From positions 174,493 through 194,492 of the forward strand of contig RSEE01000120.1 of NCBI GenBank assembly GCA_003971905.1: a DNA stretch of 20,000 nt, given 5' to 3'. This document shows positions 9,552 to 19,050 of the stretch, one piece after another. A model generated the notes under the pieces. The model was not told the origin of the DNA. It ran no database searches and worked only from the letters and a program-made list of their open reading frames with translations. Made by a program: the position numbers and the translations under genes. The stretch is from Moniliella sp. 'wahieum' (taxonomy: Eukaryota). Numbering within the stretch: the stretch's first letter is position 1; every line of letters starts with the position of its first letter.

Positions 9552-12458
9552 TTAAAGAGAGACGAACACACAGAGAGACAGATGGGAAGACACCTCTGAT
9601 GCCATCGCGATTGGATGGGTAGACAGAAAACAAGGCAGGGGGAAAAGGATTCCGTCGTTGATGTTGAAATCTGCCGACGGTTTCCGGCTGGAATGCCAAG
9701 GGGACAACCAGGACGTAGTGGAAGGCGCGTTCCTGTTGGGAAAAAAACTGTCGTTCCAGACCAGAACTTTTTCCTTGGTATCTCCGTAGTCGTTCTGGGG
9801 CCCAAGTTTGCTCAAGTGATTGAGGAAGCGCGTAAAGCGGGTGTCAGTACCCTCTGTAGGATACTCCATGGCAGTGATGATGGCTGCACAAAGCGAACAT
9901 CCCACAGAAGCGGCGGCAGAAAGAATGTAATTCATCCTGTCAACAACCAATCCAGAGATTTTGTTAGAGAAGAGAGTCAGCCACATTCATCCTTGGAACA
10001 ATACAAAGGGAAGAGAGAGTAGTGGGCGTACGCAATCCAATAATTCAAGTGCCGACGACGGGAGAACAATAGGTGGGTGACAGCCCCCCAGAAAAACCAG
10101 GAGGTCCAGCAAACCGCTGCAAAAAATGCGAATTGCGATACACCACCAAAGAAGAGCGGCCAATGGATCGAGCGGAGGTGAGCAGCGTGATTCAACTGGG
10201 GGGACACGCGTCCGGCAAGGTACAAGAGCAGGGGCGATTGCGCCAATAAGGAAAAAGTACAGAGTCCACTGGTATTGGTGCAGGAAGCCGTTTTGGCGAA
10301 GCCCAACGCCAGTCCAATATATGGGATCGTACAAACCTAAAACCCGCGATTCGGCTTGGGAGTTGAGCTTCAGCGCATTGGAACTCCATCCCACCCAGAT
10401 TCCACTTTGCAACACCGAGCAGGCCAATTGGGTTCCAACGAGTACAAAGAAGGTGATCCGTGGTGGGATCTTAAAGTAGAGTGCCAGTTTGGAGCAGCCA
10501 CAGTAGAGCAACGCCTGCTGGATGCTCCCCGCGCAGCATAGCTGAAAAAGCGGAAGGATGGTCGTGTGCCCAGGCAGAGAAGCACTAGCAATCAACGTCG
10601 CCAAGTGCTCCACACACTTCAACTCTACCGACGTCCGGCCCAGCACAATGCCTACTGGAACAATAAAGATTGCAGCCAGCGCGAGGGCAAGCACAATCGC
10701 CCAAACCGGGACCGAGGTGTGGTACACGTGCACCATCGGGATGGCAAAGACAAATGCAACCAGTACCAAGCACAGTACCACCAGGTGGGAACAGCCGGGT
10801 AGCGGGCGAGTTGGCGGGCGGGGGTCAGGCGAATCAGCCACGTTGGATACTTTCCACCAGCGGCGTAGATCGCCGCCATGGAAAAGCGGGGTGTGCACGA
10901 GTAAGGCAGTGCAAGCAGCATAAGAAACGCCCAGGTCATGATGTTTGTGGCAGAAAAGTATCCCTGGGGTGGGTCGGGCGAATCAAATTGGGGGAGATCT
11001 AGATCCATGTCTTGGGGCAATTGGTTGGTATTCATATCGTTGATATCCAGCTATGGGTACCAAACCACGTTGAGAAGGGTATAGGGAAGGCAGGCCGCCA
11101 GGTTCCGGTTGGTGAAAAAGATCGGGAGGACAATGACCCACATGGAAACGACGAAGCCACAGAATACGTTGACCAGTGCGCCCCATGGGACGATTAAGGG
11201 TGAATTCAACGCTCGGATTACTAAAGTCCAGTCCAGGGACCAAAAGGACCAGCCCATGCCAGCCATTCCATCAAACAATAGATTGACCACAAATTGGACG
11301 GAGCAATCCACGTTGGCCATTCGAACTTTCCCGAGGTGGATAGAAGAATAGTGGGATCCAGTGCCAGATGAACATGACCGTCGCCACAATCCAGAAAATG
11401 CGGCGACGGTTCCAGTTTCCACGGCGAACCCCGTGTAAAGCCGTCAACATTGCACTGGTCTGAAGCTGCTGAGGATAAGCAGCTCACCAGGCCAAATGAG
11501 AAGACGCGTGGCGAGACCGGCCAAGGCAAATCCAAAGAATGGGGTCGAGAGATAGATAAGAAAGAGGAATCCGGGTGGGAATGTGTTCGCTTGTTTTGTG
11601 CCCCCCTCTGTTGTCAATAGAGACATTCCGGCCAAGTATTGCATGGTTAGGTTGGGGCCCATGGCAACCGTAGCGACGATGGTGCAGATCCTGCGCGAAA
11701 CAATCACACGAGTCAGACAAAGGTCTCCTTACCTGGAACCTCAACATCTCGGAAGGTGGGACGCACGTATGTTCCTTGAGGTTGAAAGGGCCCGGGTTGA
11801 TGACCAAGCCAGGGCCAGTGGGATGGTTACGGTATTTTCGATAGCGCGAAACCCAAACAGTAGGCGAATGGCTGCAACCAACACCGCACTTGTAGAAACA
11901 AAGAGCTGTGGGTTGGTCCAGTCTCCTCGGATCTCCATAGCCATGAGGGCGGTGGTGAGGCCGAGGGCCAGGATCATGGAAAGCAGCCAGGTGCGGATCG
12001 TGTTGAATGGCATATCTGGGTCGTCTTCATTAGGCACGATTGCGCGCACACGCGCATCAGCCAAGTCGGGAACCTTCTCTTCGTCTGGGTCGTTTTCATC
12101 TCCATTGTTGGCGCCTTCACCCCACTGGCCCGATCCCCGGTTTTCGTTCGTCGCGAGTCGTGTCCCAGAGGGCTCCTCATCTCGACTCAGCAGTCGGTCG
12201 TTGTAATAGAGCGCGTTTTCCAAGAGCGACTCTGTTTCGATCCCATTCTCATTGTCGTGCTCGACTGTGTTTGTGAACGAAAACGGGGTAGTGTTCTTGT
12301 ACGTCGCGTGATTTGTTGATGCTATGCCTATCACTTGTGAGGGTCTGAAGAGAGTCGATGACATCCGGCATGGACAGAAGGCCCCAGTCTTTGGCATGTG
12401 GGCGGGCCCGTTCCTCATGCGCTTCGTTGGGCCCTCTGCTCGGCCGAGGAGTCGACAT
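9552..12458 (-). CDS. OPT-family oligopeptide transporter (Isp4/OPT-like, divergent). Multi-exon, with several apparent frameshifts in this sequence. C-terminal end approximate.
   Basis: OPT motifs appear in the expected order across frames: RVRAIVPNEDDPDMPFNTIRTW, INPGPFNLKEH, GFALAGL..RLLIWP, SLDW..I...NSPLIVPW, RYPAVPTWWY, PVWAIVLALALAAIFIVPVG, YFKIPPR, FFLIGAIAP, NYILSAA. ATG 12458 has A at -3. Two clean introns identified. Confidence 0.9.
9937..10031 (-). other. Spliceosomal intron in the OPT gene (95 nt)
   Basis: GTACGC...CTAAC...CAG. Splicing gives YWIA-MNYILSAA, matching the OPT W..YNY.LSAA motif. Confidence 0.8.
11691..11766 (-). other. Spliceosomal intron in the OPT gene (76 nt)
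   Basis: GTGCGT...CTGAC...CAG. Splicing restores KEHT-ICTIVAT, matching the OPT KEH motif context. Confidence 0.85.
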
Positions 12459-12503
12459 GATGTCTAGTCTTTTGTTTTGCTTGTGGCGTTGGTGTTAGTG
12501 CTC

Positions 12504-12530
12504 GTTGTTGTTGTTGTTGTTGTTGTTGTT
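12504..12530. repeat. (GTT)9 microsatellite, read as (CAA)n in the presumed OPT 5' leader
   Basis: Directly visible, ~45 nt upstream of the OPT ATG. Confidence 0.9.
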
Positions 12531-12981
12531 GTGTTGATGTTGGTGGTGTGGTGAATCAAATTAATCACAGTCATTGTGAGTTGAGCTTGCATTTATGCTA
12601 TCAGAGGTCGTCGTCCCAACTCCGCTCCGACTCGCAGGTCATCAAGTGCCCCCTTCCTCGCTCTCCCTCACACATGTTCTTGTGAGTGCTCGAGCCTGGA
12701 GGCGATTAACAGCAACGCATCCTAGCTGCGCCAAGGGAATGCAACACCTATTAGCCGCAAAGCGCGAACCCCCCCCAAAGCATATTGGTACTGTCGCTCC
12801 CTTCTCCCCTATACTACTTAGTATTATCCACGCCTCCCCACCTGTTAGCCTTATCGACTACGTAACCCGTGCCTGTTGCATCGGTTCCGACCAACGTGGA
12901 TTTGAACCCCTCCTCAAAGTCAATACTGTGTAGCGACACGCGAAGCTTGAAGGTTCTGACCTGGAGATACTTAGTCTCTAA

Positions 12982-13324
12982 TGCTAGAGTGCGACTTGGG
13001 AGCACTCGCGATCCTATGGATCAGCTGCAAAGCAGCCTTCAGACAAGGCGTGAAGGCAAAGTGGTGAGCCACAAGTCTTCAAGCAACGTCTCATTGTGAG
13101 AGCAACAGGTCAAAGGAAGCAGAGGCGTACCTTCAGACAAGGCGTGAAGGCAAGTGGTGAGCCACAAGTCCTCACAGCAATGAAGGGAAGGAGAAGGAGA
13201 GAGAGAAGGGAGATGGAGCAAGCAGGGCGTGCGCGGGCTGCGAGCGGACGCTTCCGCTCGGCTAGGCGAGCGTCACCGATCCATTGAGGGCCGTGCAGGA
13301 GAACCCTAGCAGTACCCTCTAACA
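12982..13324. mobile_element. Solo LTR, family 1 (343 bp, with an internal duplication), inverted relative to 859-1107
   Basis: Termini TGCTAG...CTAACA, perfect TSD TCTAA (12977-12981 / 13325-13329). Repeat units start at 13036 and 13130. Confidence 0.93.
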
Positions 13325-14489
13325 TCTAATCACAGACGATCAGCGAGTAATAATCAAGCAACGAGGTGAGCGAGAAGAAGGGGAGGGGGAGGAGAGGTGG
13401 TGGCGAAGAGGACAGAACAAGCAATGGGGCAGGGGTGAATACATGGCCTGCTAGCCTGCGCGCGGCCACTCTAGGGCCTAGCTTTCATATGTACGAATCA
13501 GGCAAGGCACCGGTGGGTGATGTGACAAAAAATTCAACGCACATCGGGCCTCAGGAAGGTTATTAGGGACTGTGGGATGGAACTGTGCCGCGCGGCTGCA
13601 ATCATTAATCAGGCCTTCAGAGTTCGGAGAATGCGGGCCAGGGAGCGACAGTTACCCGTGAGCGGGGGGTGAATCGATGGATTCTGTGTGCAATAGTTGA
13701 GGAAGGGCGAAAACGGAGTGCAACCAGTTGTGCGCCCCACACACGGGGTTATGTGGTAGAGGGTTACAGCAGAGGGCTGTGTCCAGGAAGCTTTCCTGCC
13801 ACGGTACCCCGCCGGCTGCCCTAGTGCGGGATCCCGTGTGGGTAGGAAATGTGCGCACCTACAAAAACGCCCGCGAGTTTTCGAGGAAGCTTTTTACCCT
13901 ACAAAAAGCAACAATTGTGAAGCCATCAGGAATCGTATAGCAGCTCGCGAATCATGATCTTGTGTGGGCTATCAAGATTCAGAGCATCATCCAGCTTCAC
14001 CTGGGTGAGAAGGGCCGGGCATGTGCATATGACCGGATGAACCCTTTAGTGATGACCCCTTCTCCGCAGCTAACTTTCAGTGGTGTTCATATATATATCG
14101 TTTAGTATGCCCCGCGCGCTGTCAGACGCTTGGAACTAGAACCTCGACATTCACCGTTCAACACTCAATGTTCTACGTACTCATCAACCACCACACCCAT
14201 TGGATTGGTGGATGATTGATTTACTCCAATCTGCTGCCACATTCTTGATGTAGCTTGGTCCTATATGTGGATCCGCTCCCGCGACTGCGCCCACGCCCTG
14301 TGATCCGCTTTCACAAACTCTTACTCCGAACGAAGTAGTGGATCAATGATCTATTGATCCATCAATATTCAATCGTTCGCGTAATCCCAGCGCGGTTAAT
14401 ACTAGTTGTGCGGTGCGCAGCTTGATCTATAACTTCTGTTGGCTTTTGAATGGTATATGACACCCTTCCACCGCTTCTCCCCACCCTAT

Positions 14490-14633
14490 TGTCACGATCC
14501 ACTTCGCCAATCAGGAGAATCTTCTCACCGTTCTCCCCGCCGATCCTGTTCTCCCCTTCTCCTACCAATGTATCATTTGCTTCCCTTGGCACTTGGTCTC
14601 ACTCGTATCGCCCGACCCTTACATTATGTTACA
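14490..14633. mobile_element. Candidate very short solo LTR (144 bp)
   Basis: Termini TGTCAC...GTTACA (same hexamers as 2340-3362) and a perfect 5-bp TSD CCTAT (14485-14489 / 14634-14638). Confidence 0.65.
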
Positions 14634-14797
14634 CCTATACTGTTTAATTGGATCCGAGCCGAGGGAAAATGGTGAAGGCAAACCCCCCCTTTGGTCTGCT
14701 CCTCTCCTCCCTTCTTGCCAAATGAAGGTGGCGGGAGTAACTAGTAACTAGTCACCGAGTACTACGAATTGTGCATCCCAGTATATTGTAGTCATCC

Positions 14798-15570
14798 CTA
14801 CTCTGCATCCATATCATTGACAGAGCTTAAGGCTGAGACAGGGAAACGCTACGCCCAAACCGACCCGTTCATCTTGCGGGTGTTAGTTGATAGCGCCACC
14901 TCTGCTAAAGAACGAGGGGAATCGCCAGGATATCAGGACCCTCTGGTGCCCGCCATCCGTTCCCGTAGCCGAGGTAGCGAGTGGGGACACGGATGAACGT
15001 GGTAGACATCCGAGCGAGGAACCGTCTCCATTGAGAGTCCGTAGTCAAATCCTTCCAGTGCGCAACCATCTTGCCAGCTGTCTTGGTGCCGTAGTATCAT
15101 TGCGTCGTCACAACCAGGGGTAAAAACAGGTCTTGAGTGCGTTCCTGGTACTTGGCGTTCTTGTCGCATTCTGCTTGTTCCAGCAGCAAGCAGCTCCTTC
15201 TCCCGGCATCCAAAGGCGTCGCGGTGCTCTCGTGCACCACCCTCCGGTACGCGCTCTGCCCCTCCAGCGATCCCGTGTCGCGCAGCGTGTGGTCTATCTC
15301 CATTCCTGATCCTCCGATTGCTCCAGGCCCCATCACGCGGTAGTCGGTGCGCTGTTCCCTCCTCCCGCCCCCTCGACCCATCCTCTTCCTCCACAGTAGG
15401 TTTGTTGTGGACGTGGATGTCGGGAATGGAGCGCACGAGCTGGAGAATGGGCTGCCACACTGCCTCATGCAACGCACCAAACTTGGCCTGGGTGCGAGTG
15501 CAAGCCTGATGGTCCAGCGAGGACATGACGCCGCACCTGCACATGCTGCGCGTGGCGCGGCACATCGTGC
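14798..15570 (-). mobile_element. 5'-truncated non-LTR retrotransposon with CCHC zinc knuckle and restriction-like endonuclease (CRE/Cnl1/MoTeR-like)
   Basis: Reconstructed frame: CRCGVMSSLDHQAC...LHEAVWQPILQLV, then after a frameshift RTDYRV...MEIDHTL...EQAECDKNAKYQ...FLPLVVTTQ*YYG...HWKDLTTDSQWRRFLARMSTTFIR, stop at 14907-14905. This is the motif order of RLE-clade C-termini (C..C..H..C, (R)H, R(P/T)D, D, K..KY, P..G). A second copy lies at 2727-2974. The 5' boundary is approximate. Confidence 0.8.
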
Positions 15571-15839
15571 AAATCTAACCCATCATATTGATATCATTTG
15601 GGAAGCTTCGTATGTAGAGGCAGGAACAGGGAAACGTTCCTCCGCCCACCACAGGTTAATGATCCAGCGTTTGGTGCACTTGGCTTGCCCATCGAAGGGA
15701 AGTGCACCGAGAAGTATCGACAGAGAATCAGTCGCGTAGGAGGACATGGCCGTGTGGAAAGAGAGGTCGTTTCTACTGTTCTGGTATTTTGAGCCAGGAC
15801 GTCGAAAATGATACAGCTGAAAGAGGGACGGCCACCATT

Positions 15840-16340
15840 GACAGAAAGCATGAGCCACACTAACCCCCAGCCACGGTAGATCCTGCCGCCGCAGCCCTCT
15901 TCCCGCCTCATAGTAACGAGGCAGTTCCACAGCCCAGTGTAGGGCCGTGCAGTACGAAGCACGCCCACCTTGGGGGCAGCGGAGTATTCCACGCCGGTGG
16001 TAAGGTCAAACTCTGTTTCGCTTCTGCTTCGTCCCCTTCGCCCTTCGATGCGACGCATCTGCAGGGGCTCCTCTTTGGGATGCGGTGCCCCTGACTCGCC
16101 AGTCGTACAATCGCTGTCTCCAAGGGCGAGATGATAGTCAAAAGACATGAAGTGCATAACCAACTGGTCAGCCCTATTGCCACCAACGTAACAACAAAGG
16201 AATGCCGCTGAACAACCGCCTACGCTCGAACCAGGCAGAGTCACCCCCGAAGAACTCATGAAACTTCTGCAGGAATACGAGTTGCAGATCCGCGTATTTG
16301 TCCACATGTTTCCGTACAAAATCCTCGGCGTCGTTCATCG
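15840..16340 (-). pseudogene. Mitochondrial-carrier (SLC25)-like coding fragment, frameshifted (pseudogene or sequencing error)
   Basis: A hydrophobic helix followed by SPLETAIVRLASQ (resembles PX[DE]XX[KR]X[KR]) at ~16130-16090. In another frame, PYTGLWNCLVTMRREEG..RIYRGW (the YxG..C...EG..[YF]RG half-repeat) at ~15945-15867. Only one carrier repeat seen. Confidence 0.6.
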
Positions 16341-16589
16341 AACAGTAGTTCAACACGGCACGAAAAACGAGAAAAGAAACACATCTATCGCCCACGCGGA
16401 CGCGCCCCCTGTATGGTCCAGGCCCAGCCGACGACTTGCCACCTTTGGAAATCAGCAGCCCGCCTCGTCGTCAGCCCACCGAGGAGCCTGCGACCCATCG
16501 CCACGCTCTCTCGCCGCGGTGGCACCCGGAACAACAGGGAGTGGATGACCAGCCGGTCGTTCAAGCATGGCAGGAGGCTCAGGTGCCGA

Positions 16590-17320
16590 ACACCCCGCCC
16601 ACCATCTCCGCGTTGGATGCAGACTGACGAGGAGCGCAGAGCAATCGTCTTGGAGGATTGGCATCGCGCTGAAAATAATCAGAATGCACACCATGTTGGC
16701 GTTTCCCTCGCTCGGCAAACGGAACAAGACGAAGAACCTGGAAATGCAGATGGTCAGCAACAAGCCGATGGCGCACACAGCACGCACGAGGACAACGTAC
16801 CAAGCGTCCGTCCCACCATGCCGGCTCAGGACGCGGGCAAAGGGCGCTACTCAACCCCATCTTGCCCACGGTGCAGCTGCGTCGGGCAGCAAACGCGGAC
16901 CGGACCCTACACTGGAGGCGGTGGCCCACAAGCGGGTCCGGACCTTGGAGGCGGAGCTCGTAGGACAGCTTGGAGGCGCAGTTGGACCCAATCCCGGTGG
17001 GGTTTGGGGCCAGGTGACAGAAGGGATCCTGCCTCAGCCCGCACACGGCGGGCCAAGCACAGTGCCTGGACGTCCACAGCTGCCTGCGCCCGGCCCGACG
17101 GCTTGGCACAACCCACCTGGGCAAGCGGCTCGAGCGGGCACGGCAGCTGCTCCCGCCGTTGCCGCCCCTCGTCCAGCAGGGGGTGTGCCGGCCGCTGCGC
17201 CAGCCGTACCCGCACCTCGTCCAGCAGCTCGAACGAGCTGGCGTCGCGCGCTACTGGGATCGCGTCCCGCCTGAAAGCACCTTACGGCGCATGTGTGGCC
17301 GCAGCGTGCGCGCGACCCAG
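16590..17320 (+). CDS. Unidentified low-complexity (Pro/Ala/Gly-rich) coding-like region split across frames
   Basis: Protein-like segments WMQTDEERRAIVLEDWHRAENN..., SKRGPDPTLEAVAHKRVR (bipartite NLS-like) and YPHLVQQLERAGVARYWDRVPPESTLRR fall in successive frames. High GC makes spurious long ORFs common here. Confidence 0.3.
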
Positions 17321-18025
17321 GTGACGGGAGGCTGGCGGGGAGCGCGAGCAGCCACTCCGCGGCGGCTGCGTTTGAGGCCGAGTGCGGGGCCCAGGCGCCC
17401 GCAGCAGCGGAACGCCGCAGCAGGCGGAATAGCACGTGCCATGACATAATGCACCGATCGGCCGGCAGCGTGGGTGTATTTGAGGCAGCGTCTGGTGGGC
17501 GCTGCCCCACACGCCCCCGCTAACCCACGCGTCTGCGTGCGCCCTCTCTGACGATTCCCGCCTGCTTTTTGTCCCGCTGGCCGGGGTACTGCCGTTTGGG
17601 AGTGCTGCTGCGGCTGCTCTTTCCGCCCACGGCTCCACTCCCGCTCGTTCCACTGCCGATCCCTCCCCCTCCTGCTCCCTCCTCCTGGGGCTCCTAGTAC
17701 TCCTGCCGCCCCGCTAACCCGCCCTTGTCATCCCAGCTCTCGCCTTGGGCGCTCAGATCCCGTCCTTCGGGTGAGGCGCACAGACGCCCGGTCTCGTTGC
17801 CCGCTCTGCCCCTCTCCTCCATTTGTGGCTTCCCCCCAAGCCACGACCAAACAATCCAACCAAGTCAGATCAAAACAAAAAAGCGAAGCAAAGCAACCAG
17901 CAAAATGACGCAGTCTATCTGAGGGGGGCAAGGTAGCCAGGCGCCGGAACAGAAAAAGTGCACTGCATGCATGAGGGGAGGCGCAGTGAGGCCCCAGTAG
18001 GGTCCGCCACAGATCTCATGCCAAA

Positions 18026-19050
18026 CTAACTAGCGCGCCGGAGTGGGAGTGGGAGTGGGAGTGGGAGTGGAGCAGGAGCGAGAGCTATGCGCAGCCCGGC
18101 CGCCACTGCTGCCGCTACGACTGTGGCAATAGCGGCCCATACAAGCCGCGCACGACGGGCGTTGGGCTGGATCCCACAACGCCGAAGCAAGCAGCGCGTG
18201 TCCCGCCACCCTCCCAAGGCGGTATAGGCCGCGGCGCGCTGGGCGGGCGTGGTATGGGCCGGGTCGTTGGCAATGGCTGCGAGCGCTTGCACGCGCTCCC
18301 CTCCTCGTGCGAAAAGACACGGACGGTTAGGTAATCGTAGACCAGGCTCAAGCTCTTGTGCGTCTCGGGCAGGAGCGCGTTGGCGTCGATCTGGATCTGG
18401 ATGTAGCCCTCGGGTTGGTCTTGCGGCAATAGGCTAAAGATGCCGCTGGGATAGGTCGCATGCCGAGTCAGTCTCACCGCCACCTGACCTGGGGCCGGGG
18501 CCGGGGGCGGGGGGGTACACGGCACGTGGAATCAAGAAGAACTGGATGGTTTGCTGCATTTTCCTCTGAACCTCGGGCTGGGGTGGTCAGCGTAGAATAA
18601 GTCGGCCTTGACATAGAGTGGCACGCGTTCCTCTACGGGCGCGCGCCGCGCAAACGCCGCATTGGCCTTCTGCATCCACCGCAGTTTGCACTCAACACCT
18701 CAGCCTTTGACTCTTCTATGCTCTCGTACCCCACACGGCACACCCGCCCGACATCTGCCCGCGCGTCGCGGCGCACCTCGGGGAGGAAACGGAACACGCC
18801 GGGGTCCGTCCAGGACCGCACCCCGTTCGGGACGAGTTCCCACCGCACGCGCAGCGGCGCAGGCGGGGAGAGGTAGGCGCCCCCCCTGCCACAGCCCAGG
18901 TGAGAAGACACACAGCCCAGTATGCGAGCATGCCCCAGGAGACGAGGAGCAGCGGGATGGGCGACGCTAGCATATTGGCGAGGAGGAACGAGAGCGCTTG
19001 CAGCAGCAGCAGCAGCAGTGCTTGCTGCCACCGCGCCATCATGCTCAGTG
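18026..19050 (-). CDS. Unidentified membrane-protein-like coding region split by several frameshifts, with a weak BTB/T1-like segment
   Basis: Hydrophobic N-terminal segments (ALLLLLLQALSFLLANMLASPIPLLLVSWGMLAYWAVCLLTWAVAGG), soluble segments (LRVRWELVPNGVRSWTDPGVFRFLPE; LRWMQKANAAFARRAPVEERVPLYVKADLFY; TYPSGIFSLL...IQIDAN...LVYDYLT) and a C-terminal hydrophobic helix (LVWAAIATVVAAAVAAGLRIALA). Confidence 0.35.
18040..18069. repeat. (GGAGTG)5 hexanucleotide microsatellite
   Basis: Directly visible. Confidence 0.9.

Noticed and set aside
12885..12912. Minus-strand GGTTCAAATCC B-box-like motif (tRNA or SINE)
   Set aside because: No T-stem, acceptor stem or A-box can be formed.
859..13324. A giant 12.5-kb DNA transposon with ~250-bp terminal inverted repeats carrying OPT and tRNA cargo
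   Set aside because: Each repeat has its own TG...CA ends and its own distinct 5-bp TSD, so they are independent solo LTRs. The outer flanks share only 2 bp (TC), and no transposase was seen.
15575..15581. Single telomere-like unit (CTAACCC) near the 5' truncation of the RLE element, with a similar one at ~9530
   Set aside because: Only 7 bp, not tandem, and similar heptamers occur elsewhere in the window.
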